From assembly GCA_963772835.1 (NCBI GenBank), contig CAVYYZ010000011.1, positions 128,001 to 192,000 on the forward strand: a stretch of 64,000 nt of DNA, given 5' to 3'. The translations under genes were made by a program, and so were the position numbers. Positions within the stretch are counted from its first letter, which is position 1. Each line of letters starts with the position of its first letter. Shown here piece by piece: positions 39,161 to 49,014 of this stretch. The notes below the pieces were generated by a model. The model saw only the letters and a program-made list of their open reading frames with translations. It had not been told where the DNA came from and did not search any database. This DNA comes from an uncultured delta proteobacterium (GTDB lineage Bacteria; Desulfobacterota; Desulfuromonadia; Geobacterales; Pseudopelobacteraceae).

Positions 39161-39997
39161 TCAATCGGCCTTTCCTGTATACTGGACTGGATTGACATAG
39201 CGGCCATTCTTCCAAACTTCATAATGAACATGACTGCCGGTAGTGACCCCGGTTGAACCGGCACTCGCGACAACATCACCACGTTTTACGGTCTGGGCCA
39301 CCTTTACCAGATTCTTTGAGTTGTGAGCGTAAATGGTACTAAAACCCTGACCATGTTCGAGGACAACAATGTTGCCGTTACCGGGGCTCCAACTGGCAAA
39401 GCTGACAATACCGTCTGCTGTGGCATGTACCGGCGTACCTGTTGGAACAGAAAGATCGGTGCCGGTGTGAAATTTCTCCGTATGATATTTCGGGTGAACC
39501 CGCATGCCGAACCCGGACGAAACTCGCCCTTCCACGGGCCATCCGCGAGGTGTTACGCGATAGAGATCGTTCTGGTTCGACAAATATTCACGGACCTCGT
39601 TGACCGACTCCAAAGAGGAGTTTATCTGCCTTTTCAGTTCCTCAATGTCGATGGAACCCTCATTGCTGCTTTCCATGGCATCGAATACCTGCTTCTTGGA
39701 GCTAAATGAAAAGAGCCGTTTAAACTGTGTTTCAGACTCCTTGAGGGATGTCATGGTGGTTCGCATTTCCTGGAATTGATCCGAAAGGTAGGCAAGTTTT
39801 TGTTTGGTCTGATAATAGTCAACGACTCGGTATGAAAGTGCTGCAGTGTATACGAGACCGATTGCCGCGAAGACAAGCAGTAACGCCAGAAGAAGAAATG
39901 GCATTTTGATGCGCATTGAGTTGGAGCGGGAGTGGGGAATGAGCATGATGGTGATCGGGGTAGCCCACTTTTTCAGTAATGGTCGAAGCTTGCGCAT
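39161..39997 (-). CDS. M23 family peptidoglycan metallopeptidase with TM and coiled coil
   Basis: HTGTD (HxxxD), YAHNS, GSTG...HVHYEV; upstream of bactofilin. Confidence 0.92.
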   Translation of the reverse strand: MRKLRPLLKKWATPITIMLIPHSRSNSMRIKMPFLLLALLLVFAAIGLVYTAALSYRVVDYYQTKQKLAYLSDQFQEMRTTMTSLKESETQFKRLFSFSSKKQVFDAMESSNEGSIDIEELKRQINSSLESVNEVREYLSNQNDLYRVTPRGWPVEGRVSSGFGMRVHPKYHTEKFHTGTDLSVPTGTPVHATADGIVSFASWSPGNGNIVVLEHGQGFSTIYAHNSKNLVKVAQTVKRGDVVASAGSTGVTTGSHVHYEVWKNGRYVNPVQYTGKAD

Positions 39998-40316
39998 AAT
40001 TACTGTTCTCCCCCTGATCTTTCCGCGATTACAACGATTATTACCAACGCATTTAAGTAAAAGATCTCGTTTATATTCTTTTCCTGTTGATAATTCAAAA
40101 TAAAACGTAATGCTTAGACCACTGAGCCCCTCGCTAACTGAATGAGTTTTTATATGTACCGGGCTGTTTTGCAGTGACGTTGTCCACTGTCATGAATTAC
40201 CCGTTGATTTGCAACGTGTTTGCAGTACGTTGACTTGCCTTTCTAAATATTTTTTAGGGACAGGTATGAATACAAAGCTGGTGCATCCCGGATCTTTGGT
40301 TAATCCACTGCAACGA

Positions 40317-41087
40317 TTAATCCACCGCAACGACAAAATTACCGGGAAAATCGCGCTGTTCGAACGCTTCCTGGGCCGACTGCGCCGCCCGTAAAGAGGA
40401 GTAGTGCCCGATACGAATGCGATAGAAGAGTTCCCCCGCCACAGTCGTTTCCTGAACGTTCGCCGCGCCATACTTTCTCTTCAGCTCTTCCGCATAGCGG
40501 TACGCGTTCGTCCTGTTTTTAAGTGCGGCAACCTGGAGGGCAAAGCTCCCGCTGTCATAACTGACCGGAGTGCGATAGCCGGCATCTCCACCCGTTGTAC
40601 CGATTTTGTACCCGAGAGCGGTTACCCTGACGGCAGCGACACCCTCCTGAATCATATCCAGCCTGCGTGCCGCCTCTTCTGAAAGGTCGATGATGCGATC
40701 ACGGACAAAGGGGCCGCGATCATTGATACGCACGATAATTTCCCTCCCTGTCCTGATGTGCCGCACTTTTACATAGACACCGAGCGGCAGCGTTTTGTGG
40801 GCGGCGGTCATCGCATTCATATCAAACGGCTCGCCGCTGCTGGTTGTGCGTCCATTAAAATCGCGACCGTAACTGCTGGCGATCCCCTCCTGCACAAAAC
40901 CTTCGTGGCTGGAAAGAGGTTCATAGCGCCTGCCGGCGACGGTATACGGTTTCTGACCCGGCTTCTGCCGTGTTGACGGGTTTTGATCCTGCGGCGAATA
41001 GGCACGCTGATGGGATGCACAGGCAGAAAAGAGAAGTGTGAGCAGTGCGGCGGAGAAAAACTGAACCGTGCGGATACGGGCTGTCAT
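40317..41087 (-). CDS. rlpA: Septal ring lytic transglycosylase RlpA with SPOR domain
   Basis: Lipobox FSAC, TAAHKTLP, VRINDRGPF, RIIDLS, C-terminal LQV...YRIRIG. Confidence 0.9.
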   Translation of the reverse strand: MTARIRTVQFFSAALLTLLFSACASHQRAYSPQDQNPSTRQKPGQKPYTVAGRRYEPLSSHEGFVQEGIASSYGRDFNGRTTSSGEPFDMNAMTAAHKTLPLGVYVKVRHIRTGREIIVRINDRGPFVRDRIIDLSEEAARRLDMIQEGVAAVRVTALGYKIGTTGGDAGYRTPVSYDSGSFALQVAALKNRTNAYRYAEELKRKYGAANVQETTVAGELFYRIRIGHYSSLRAAQSAQEAFEQRDFPGNFVVAVD

Positions 41088-41108
41088 GGAACCTGCGTCA
41101 TGGCGCCG

Positions 41109-41447
41109 TCAGTTGTCTTTATGACATTCATGGCATTCCACGGGCCCGCGACCCTTTTCCCGGTGGCACCCCTTGCAGAAATAGTGGGCGATCCGCTGGT
41201 CAAATCGTGTCATCGTATGTGCTTTGGTCGGTGTCTCTGTCTTGTGACAGGGGAGGCAGGACTCAGCCTTCATCAGGGACTGATGCAGGTCGTGATTGAA
41301 GCGAACGTTACCCTTTGAAGCGGAGAAGATAAAATAACGATCTTTTGTGGCGGGATCAATGTGTACGGTATATTCGCTCTCAGCCGGCGAGGGGAATGCA
41401 AAACATGCCATTGCAAGAATAAGAAAAATGCCGGGACGGTATTGCAT
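41109..41447 (-). CDS. Periplasmic triheme cytochrome c (c7/PpcA-like)
   Basis: Signal peptide, GNVRFNHDLH, heme motifs CLPCH, CKGCH, CHECH. Confidence 0.85.
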   Translation of the reverse strand: MQYRPGIFLILAMACFAFPSPAESEYTVHIDPATKDRYFIFSASKGNVRFNHDLHQSLMKAESCLPCHKTETPTKAHTMTRFDQRIAHYFCKGCHREKGRGPVECHECHKDN

Positions 41448-41706
41448 GAAAAACTTACCTCCGTTATTAGGCTGAAAACAATTCCGACGCTGGCGGAACC
41501 GTGTAGATCGAACTCCTTGTTATAAAGCGATTCGCGCGGTTGTTATAGATTTGTATTGAAAAATAATATGCGTGTAATAACATGAAAGCCCGTATGTGTA
41601 AAGATCTTCTCACCTCAATTTGAATTCAGACACATCACACACTGGATTATTTGCCGTAATACATGATAGTGCTACTATGGATAATCACTACAAAAGGACA
41701 CACGCC

Positions 41707-42573
41707 ATGCCGAATTCCCTGCCGTTCAATACAGCCATGATCCACGGTCTGTTTACCCCGCTCGCGCCTGAAGAGACCCCGGATCATGCTCCGGGATTCT
41801 GGGCCGTCCTGTCCGGCTCTTCTCTCCTGCTGCGTGCCGGGGCGGAACAGGCACAGCTTCCGGAGGGGGCGCTGCCGTCCGGGATTCTTCCGGAAACGGA
41901 ACCGCTCAAAATCGGTCTCTGGCACGGTAAGCCGCTCCGTGCGGTACGGATCGACCCGAATGCCGACCTGCCGACGAAGTATGAACTGCTGCCGTTTCAG
42001 GGGCCGGACCCGCGATTGGACAATACCCTGGCAACGATTGCCGGCCGGGCCGCCCAGATCCTCCATTGGGAGAAGCGAAGCAACTTCTGTTCACACTGCG
42101 GCGGCGTATTGAGCCGAATCCGGGGAAGCTGGGGCAAGCGGTGTCTGTCGTGCGGCGACGAGCATTTTCCCCATATTCACCCCTGCATCATCGTGCTGGT
42201 CAGGCGGGGCGCTGAACTGCTGCTTATCCGTAATGCCGCCTGGAATGTGGGACGTTTCAGTCTGGTGGCCGGCTTTCTCGATTTCGGCGAATCCCTGGAG
42301 GAGTGCGTTCAGCGGGAGGTGCGCGAGGAGGCGGGGATAGAAGTCGCCAATATCCGCTATGTGGGGAGCCAGTGCTGGCCTTTTCCGAGCCAGCAGATGA
42401 TCGGTTTTCTGGCCGACTATGCCGGTGGAGAGGTCAGGCCGGACGGTGTGGAGGTTGTCGAGGCGGAGTGGTTTCCTGAAGACGCCCCGCCCCTGTCACC
42501 GGGGGGGAAGCGGAGTATTTCCCGCTGGATCCTGGATACCTACGGGAAGGGGCGGGACGATCGGTACGTCTGA
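41707..42573 (+). CDS. nudC: NAD(+)/NADH pyrophosphatase
   Basis: CSHCG...CLSCG Zn ribbon, Nudix box [29 protein letters not shown]. Confidence 0.92.
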   Translation: MPNSLPFNTAMIHGLFTPLAPEETPDHAPGFWAVLSGSSLLLRAGAEQAQLPEGALPSGILPETEPLKIGLWHGKPLRAVRIDPNADLPTKYELLPFQGPDPRLDNTLATIAGRAAQILHWEKRSNFCSHCGGVLSRIRGSWGKRCLSCGDEHFPHIHPCIIVLVRRGAELLLIRNAAWNVGRFSLVAGFLDFGESLEECVQREVREEAGIEVANIRYVGSQCWPFPSQQMIGFLADYAGGEVRPDGVEVVEAEWFPEDAPPLSPGGKRSISRWILDTYGKGRDDRYV

Positions 42574-42638
42574 TCTCAAAGCGGTTCATACAACGGGTTG
42601 AAACCTGCCCGCACAGAATATTCAGAAGGAGCCTGAAC

Positions 42639-43640
<1,002 letters not shown>

Positions 43641-43650
43641 CGCCACCGTT

Positions 43651-44838
43651 ATGACCAGGGACACGCACGACCTTGCCCCGTTTCTGTTGGTTTGTCTGAT
43701 CGGATTTGCCGCTTTTTTCAGTTCGTACCTGCGCATTCCGGTCATGCCGCTGTTTGCCGCCACACTCGGGGCGGGACCGGCCCAGGTGGGCACCATCAAC
43801 GGTGCTTTCATGCTGACGGCCGGTCTGCTATCCATTCCTGCCGGCCTGCTGGCCGACCGCACCGGCCGCAAACTGCCGATTATTGCCGGTATAACCGCCA
43901 CTGCCGCCTCCTCGCTCCTGGTTACGCTCTGTCACCAGCCGGGACAGATGGTTGCGGCGTATATCCTCTTCGGCGCCGGGCTGGCCGCCTTTGCGCCCGG
44001 CATGATGTCGCTGGTGGCAGATGTCATGCCTTCTCACCGGCTCGGTCAGGCCTACGGCTGGTATACCACCGCCGTCTACATCGCCATGACTCTGGGGCCT
44101 GCCTCGGGAGGCTACCTTGCCAACGCCCTGGGACTCCGCCAGGTGTTTCTCGTCTCAGGCGGGCTGCTGGTCGCGGTTACGCTGCTGGCCCTGCTGCTGC
44201 TGCCCCAGGGGCCTCCGCGACATAAGACCGATCTGCACACGGTCCTGGCCGGCTGCATCGACCTGCTGCGCAACCGCAGCCTGCTCGCCTGTCTGCTGGC
44301 AACCGCCGGCAGCTGTATCGGCTTTGGCGTCTTCCTGACATTTCTCCCGTTGTACGGCTCGCTGCACGGGTATGGCCCGGCCCAGGTCGGCCTGGTGTTT
44401 GCCGCCCAGGCGGTTACCAATGTTGTCGGCAGAGTACCGATCGGCAGGCTCGCCGATCGCTGTGACCGTCGCCGGCTCGTGGCTGCCGGTTTGATCTGCC
44501 TGGCACTGGCACTGATTATGCTCGGGCAGGTTGTACAGCTTGCGCAGCTGATGGCCTGCGCCGTCGTCATGGGAGTAGGGATGGCCCTTGCCTTTACCGC
44601 TATCGGCGCCCTGATCGCGGAGCTGGTCCCGGCCGTGCGGCGGGGGCTGGCCATGGGGATGTATAACAGCTGCATCTATCTCGGCATGATGTCCGGTGCG
44701 ACCGCCATGGGCCTCTCCCTGAAACGGATCGGCTATCCGCTCGGCTTTGCCGCCGCCGGCAGTTCGACCCTGTTGGCGCTGGTACTGTTTTACTGGATGA
44801 TGCGGAAAAAAACTGCCGCATACGTCCGGCAGGCCTGA
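43651..44838 (+). CDS. MFS transporter
   Basis: GLLADRTGRK and GRLADRCDRR motif-A repeats, 12 TM. Confidence 0.9.
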   Translation: MTRDTHDLAPFLLVCLIGFAAFFSSYLRIPVMPLFAATLGAGPAQVGTINGAFMLTAGLLSIPAGLLADRTGRKLPIIAGITATAASSLLVTLCHQPGQMVAAYILFGAGLAAFAPGMMSLVADVMPSHRLGQAYGWYTTAVYIAMTLGPASGGYLANALGLRQVFLVSGGLLVAVTLLALLLLPQGPPRHKTDLHTVLAGCIDLLRNRSLLACLLATAGSCIGFGVFLTFLPLYGSLHGYGPAQVGLVFAAQAVTNVVGRVPIGRLADRCDRRRLVAAGLICLALALIMLGQVVQLAQLMACAVVMGVGMALAFTAIGALIAELVPAVRRGLAMGMYNSCIYLGMMSGATAMGLSLKRIGYPLGFAAAGSSTLLALVLFYWMMRKKTAAYVRQA

Positions 44839-44896
44839 TCCGCCCGGCAGGCCGCGCCGTGCCCGGCCGCCGGCCATGCACCGGTTTCCCCGGTAT

Positions 44897-44950
44897 ATTC
44901 CCTCTTGACACGAACCGCTCTCTATGGCTATCATTTGACATACATATCAT
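44897..44950 (+). promoter_or_regulatory. Sigma-70 promoter/operator of lexA
   Basis: TTGACA (44905-10), 18-nt spacer, TATCAT (44929-34), followed by TTGACATA; near-identical copy at 47550. Confidence 0.7.
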
Positions 44951-44968
44951 ATGACAGGTGACGATGCC

Positions 44969-45577
44969 ATGCAGACACTTACTCTTCGCCAGCAGCAGGT
45001 ACATACGTTCATTCAGAAGTACCTTGAAGCCAACGGCTCCCCTCCGACCCTGCGGGAGATTTCCGCCCATATCGGCACCGCCGGAACTGCCACCGCCATC
45101 AGCCACATCGAAGCGCTGGAGAGGAAGGGGTACCTCCGGCGCCGTGAGGGGAGTTCGCGGGGCATCGTTCTGTCCCGGACACCTTCCGCGACCGTTTCGC
45201 TTCCGGTCGTCGGCAGAATTCGTGCCGGTATGCTGCACCCTGCCGTTGAGGACATCACCGGCCACCTGAACGTGGACAGCAGCCTGATCCGGGGGGAGGG
45301 GTGCTATTTCCTCACGGTTGAGGGGGACTCGATGATCAACAGGGGGATCCTCCCGGGTGACCGGGTACTGATCCGCCCCCAGCGGGTGGCCGACAACGGC
45401 GAGATCGTGGCGGTCATGGTTGACGGCGACGCCACACTCAAACAGTTTTTCCGCGAGCGCGACCATATCCTGCTGCAGCCGGCAAACCCGCTCTACGAGC
45501 CGATAATCATCCGTCCCGGTCAGGGCGAGGTGACGATTGTCGGCAAAATGATCGGCCTGTTGCGCAGCGCGGAGTAG
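44969..45577 (+). CDS. lexA: SOS repressor LexA
   Basis: LT.RQ, PPTLREI wHTH, Ala-Gly cleavage site IRAG, catalytic GDSM and ATLK. Confidence 0.93.
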   Translation: MQTLTLRQQQVHTFIQKYLEANGSPPTLREISAHIGTAGTATAISHIEALERKGYLRRREGSSRGIVLSRTPSATVSLPVVGRIRAGMLHPAVEDITGHLNVDSSLIRGEGCYFLTVEGDSMINRGILPGDRVLIRPQRVADNGEIVAVMVDGDATLKQFFRERDHILLQPANPLYEPIIIRPGQGEVTIVGKMIGLLRSAE

Positions 45578-45583
45578 ACGGCG

Positions 45584-45832
45584 GTGTCAGCACGGGTTCC
45601 CATACGTGTCGCCGTCATATTCTCACCCGGCGGCAGGGTCACTCCCAAGTGGTTTGAGCTGAACCGGCGCAAGCACGAAATTACGGACACGACCTATTTC
45701 TGGCGGGACCGGATCGGCGAGGTTCCGCTCATGCACTATGCCGTGACGGATGGCGAAGCACTTTATGAACTGGTCTACAACACCATTGACCAGACCTGGT
45801 CCCTGAACGGACTGCAGGCGGAACGGCCGTGA
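45584..45832 (+). CDS. Small hypothetical protein (DUF6504-like)
   Basis: 82 aa, GTG start 6 nt after lexA stop; P.WF...W...YEL.Y...W pattern. Confidence 0.7.
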   Translation: MSARVPIRVAVIFSPGGRVTPKWFELNRRKHEITDTTYFWRDRIGEVPLMHYAVTDGEALYELVYNTIDQTWSLNGLQAERP

Positions 45833-45905
45833 AACCGGCATGCACTGCGCAGCACCGTAGAGTCGCGGCATACCCGCGCATCATTATCGCCACACCCGGA
45901 GTCAC

Positions 45906-46508
45906 ATGACCTTTCTCCCGCTGTCCATACAAATTCCCGGCTTTGACCAGCCGGCATCCATACTGCTTTCCGTGCTGAAGCTATTCATTATTCCGGTCGG
46001 GGGAGGAATCCCGGCCGGTGTTATGCTCGCGAGTGCCAAAGGCCTGGCCTGGCCCGTCACCACAGGACTTTACCTGATTTCAGATATAGCCCTGGCCCTG
46101 GCCTTTGAACCGATCCTTCGACTTATCGCTGCGCTGGCGGGGAAAGTCCCGTTTCTGGCCCGTTTCCGCGCAGTGTTGAAGGATGTAACTGCCCGCAGCG
46201 CGGCACATGTGGTCGGCACCGGCGCAGGCCCCCTTTCGTTCGTTATGATTGCCTTCGGTGTGGACCCGATGACAGGGCGGGCCACGGCTCTTGCCGCGGG
46301 TCACGGATTCATTGCCGGCTGGGCCTTTGCCATCGTTGGCGACATGCTTTATTTTGCCGTCATCGCGATCACGACTCTGCGTCTCAACTCGTACTTTCGA
46401 GATCCAAACACCACAATGCTGATAGTCCTTGGCGCAATGGTGCTCGTACCGGTATTGGTACGCTATGTTCGATCCGCACGCGGTGTCGAACATGACCGAT
46501 CGCCGTGA
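45906..46508 (+). CDS. Hypothetical membrane protein
   Basis: 200 aa, several TM segments, IPVGGGIPAG and FGVDPMTG motifs, GGAG RBS. Confidence 0.7.
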   Translation: MTFLPLSIQIPGFDQPASILLSVLKLFIIPVGGGIPAGVMLASAKGLAWPVTTGLYLISDIALALAFEPILRLIAALAGKVPFLARFRAVLKDVTARSAAHVVGTGAGPLSFVMIAFGVDPMTGRATALAAGHGFIAGWAFAIVGDMLYFAVIAITTLRLNSYFRDPNTTMLIVLGAMVLVPVLVRYVRSARGVEHDRSP

Positions 46509-46646
46509 TGGACTGACCTTCACTTCGATCAGGAAGAAAGTGGTATCTGCCCGGCGCAACGGGTTGCCGGCTGAATACCCCGTGACAGCTCATCCCGTCC
46601 GCGTTGCGTCTGCCTGAAATCCCCCCCCCTGATATCCGGAGAATTA

Positions 46647-46946
46647 ATGAAGAAATCATTTTGTACATGGGAGGGTGATACGCTGGTGCTGAATATTCTC
46701 GGCACCCCCAATGCCAAACGTGATGCGATCGGCAAAGTGAAAGGTCATCAGCTTTGTATCAGTGTGACGGCGGCGCCGCGTGCCGGGAGAGCCACCGACC
46801 ATATGGTGCGTTTTCTGGCTGAGGAATTCGGTGTATCGGTGGGGGATATTCAGGTTGTGTTCGGGCGCATGAACATCAACAAACAGCTCCGGATCACGGC
46901 GCCAAGACGTTTGCCGGCGATTATCGGGCAGATGGAGTTATGTTAG
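46647..46946 (+). CDS. DUF167 (YggU-like) protein
   Basis: P.AKRDAIG, VTAAP..GRA, FLAEEFGV. Confidence 0.8.
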   Translation: MKKSFCTWEGDTLVLNILGTPNAKRDAIGKVKGHQLCISVTAAPRAGRATDHMVRFLAEEFGVSVGDIQVVFGRMNINKQLRITAPRRLPAIIGQMELC

Positions 46947-47005
46947 TTTCCATCAGGAAGCTCTGGATGAGAAGCGTTCATTTTTAAACTCGCGATAGTG
47001 TAAGG

Positions 47006-47305
47006 TCAGACGGTCCCCGGTTGGTAACGATGAACGATGAACGCAGATATTGTTAATACCACCAGCACAATCAATCCCCACATGGTGCAGAAGAGCTGAA
47101 AGGCATCGATAATCACGCAGCCGATGGCAGTCGTGAGCCAGATCAGACCGTTATAGACGTACATTCTCCCTATGTAGTGGGCTTTTTTCGCTGCGTCATT
47201 GAGCAGGTCCCAGTTGGGGGTGTACAGTCTATTCAATATGCTGGTGATGTCATAGATCAGCACAGTGTTGGTTGATATGAGCATAATAAGGAGTATTCCG
47301 ACCAT
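47006..47305 (-). CDS. Hypothetical small membrane protein
   Basis: About three hydrophobic segments; GGAGAG RBS before ATG 47305. Confidence 0.5.
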   Translation of the reverse strand: MVGILLIMLISTNTVLIYDITSILNRLYTPNWDLLNDAAKKAHYIGRMYVYNGLIWLTTAIGCVIIDAFQLFCTMWGLIVLVVLTISAFIVHRYQPGTV

Positions 47306-47549
47306 GGGAGCTCTCCGTTCACTGCAGTTTGCCATCTACGTCTGCTACGGCGTGCAACTGATGTATTTTCCTGACTGTACAAAAGACCGCGCCGTTTTTG
47401 TAATTATACAACAATTCCAGAAATTTGTTGTTCTTCCTGAATTCCGGAAACACAACACTTTATTTGTCTGAGCGGGGTGTGTTGAATTGATATTGAAGAG
47501 TTACATAGAGCTGTCCCCTCCTGTATCGCGACGGTTTGACCGGATTTTT

Positions 47550-47600
47550 ATTCCCTCTTGACACAATTAACTCTCCATAGCTAACATTTGACATATATCG
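47550..47600 (+). promoter_or_regulatory. Sigma-70 promoter/operator of dinB (paralogous to the lexA promoter)
   Basis: TTGACA (47558-63), 18-nt spacer, TAACAT (47582-87), then TTGACATA; 38/46 identical to 44897-44942. Confidence 0.7.
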
Positions 47601-47614
47601 CGCGACCGGAAATA

Positions 47615-47665
47615 GATAACCTGTGGACTCTTACTATCCACCAACAGCATTCCGCACCTCATCGG
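47615..47665 (+). pseudogene. Eroded 5' remnant of a lexA copy in the dinB leader
   Basis: 47615-47649 matches lexA 44963-44997 at 25/35 nt (LWTLTIHQQ vs MQTLTLRQQ); start ATG replaced by CTG. Confidence 0.55.
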
Positions 47666-47685
47666 GTACATCAGTAGATATCTTT

Positions 47686-48921
47686 ATGACAGTACGAACC
47701 ATACTCCATTGTGACATGAACGCCTTTTTCGCCAGCGTCGAGCAGCAGACCAACCCTGACCTGCGGGGCAAGCCGATTGCCGTGGTCGGCGGCGGCGGAC
47801 GGACGGTGATCACCACGAGCTCATATGAAGCCAGGGCGCGGGGCGTCAAGACCGGGATGGCTGTGTGGGAAGGAAAGCGGGTCTGTCCGGAACTGATCAT
47901 CGTTGTCGGAGACAACCGCAAATACACATACACATCCAGCAAAATCAATGAGATATTTCGTGATTTTACTCCAGAGGTTGAAGCTTTTTCTATCGACGAA
48001 TCCTGGCTGGACGTCACCCGTTCCCTCGGGATTTTCGGCAGTGCCGAGACGATTGCCTACCGGATCAAAGCCCGTATCAGACACAGCTTCGGTATTACCT
48101 GCTCCATCGGTATCGCTCCCAATAAACTGCTGGCCAAGCTGGCCAGTGACATGCAGAAACCGGACGGTCTGACGGTTATCGAACCGGAACGTGTTGCGCG
48201 GGTTCTGGAGCGAATGCCGATCAATGACCTCTGCGGTATCGGCAAAAGAATGCAGCGGCACCTCAATATGATGAGCATTTACACCTGCGGGGAGTTGGGG
48301 CGGTGCGACGAGGCCCGTCTGACGCGACAGTTCGGCATCATCGGTTCCCGGCTCAAGTTGATGGGGCAGGGGATAGACACTTCTCCGGTGGTTCCGTTCG
48401 GCCAGGAGGAGCAGGTGAAGTCGGTCGGGCATTCGCGAACCCTGGAGCGGGATATTGACGATCCGGCAGAGATCAGGCGCTTCGTGCTGCAGCTTTCGGA
48501 AATGGTCGGGAGCAGGGCAAGGAAATATAACGTCTCAGGGAAGACGATTCATCTGTACGTCCGCTATGCGGATTTTTTCTCCAGTTGGGGGAAACAGACG
48601 ACGCTGAAGAACTACGTCAATCAGAGTGACGATATCTACAGGACGGCCCTGTCAATTCTCGATACCGTCGAACTTGAACAGCCGGTCCGGCTTCTGGGTG
48701 TCTGCCTCTCCAACCTGAAACATCAGGCGGAACAGCTGCCGCTGTTTGAGGATGAACGGAAGAAGCTCTTTGCGACGCAGGCGATGGATACGATCAATGA
48801 CCGGTTCGGCAGTATGGCGGTTACTTTCGGGAGTCTGGTAAAGGACAGGGAAAGTGCGGGGAGTCATGTGATACCGCCAAGCTGGCGGCCTGACGGCATT
48901 AAGAATGTTGATGTTTCGTAG
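47686..48921 (+). CDS. dinB: DNA polymerase IV
   Basis: HCDMNAFFAS, SYEAR..GV, FSIDESWLD, SIGIAPNKLLAKLASD..KPDG, VRLLGV. Confidence 0.95.
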   Translation: MTVRTILHCDMNAFFASVEQQTNPDLRGKPIAVVGGGGRTVITTSSYEARARGVKTGMAVWEGKRVCPELIIVVGDNRKYTYTSSKINEIFRDFTPEVEAFSIDESWLDVTRSLGIFGSAETIAYRIKARIRHSFGITCSIGIAPNKLLAKLASDMQKPDGLTVIEPERVARVLERMPINDLCGIGKRMQRHLNMMSIYTCGELGRCDEARLTRQFGIIGSRLKLMGQGIDTSPVVPFGQEEQVKSVGHSRTLERDIDDPAEIRRFVLQLSEMVGSRARKYNVSGKTIHLYVRYADFFSSWGKQTTLKNYVNQSDDIYRTALSILDTVELEQPVRLLGVCLSNLKHQAEQLPLFEDERKKLFATQAMDTINDRFGSMAVTFGSLVKDRESAGSHVIPPSWRPDGIKNVDVS

Positions 48922-49014
48922 TTGATGCCCGGCAATGACCCGGGTGCGGCCGCGCTCCAACTGCCGTCGCAGTGCTGCGCGTGATGATCGATAGCACCGC
49001 GGCGGTTGCTGCCG

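Noticed and set aside
40100..40170. GGTCTAAG on the minus strand, reminiscent of a GEMM riboswitch
   Set aside because: The rest of the aptamer consensus is absent.
44880..44950. Canonical Geobacter LexA box GGTT-N2-C-N4-G-N3-ACC
   Set aside because: No exact match here or upstream of dinB; only a shared TTTGACATA core.
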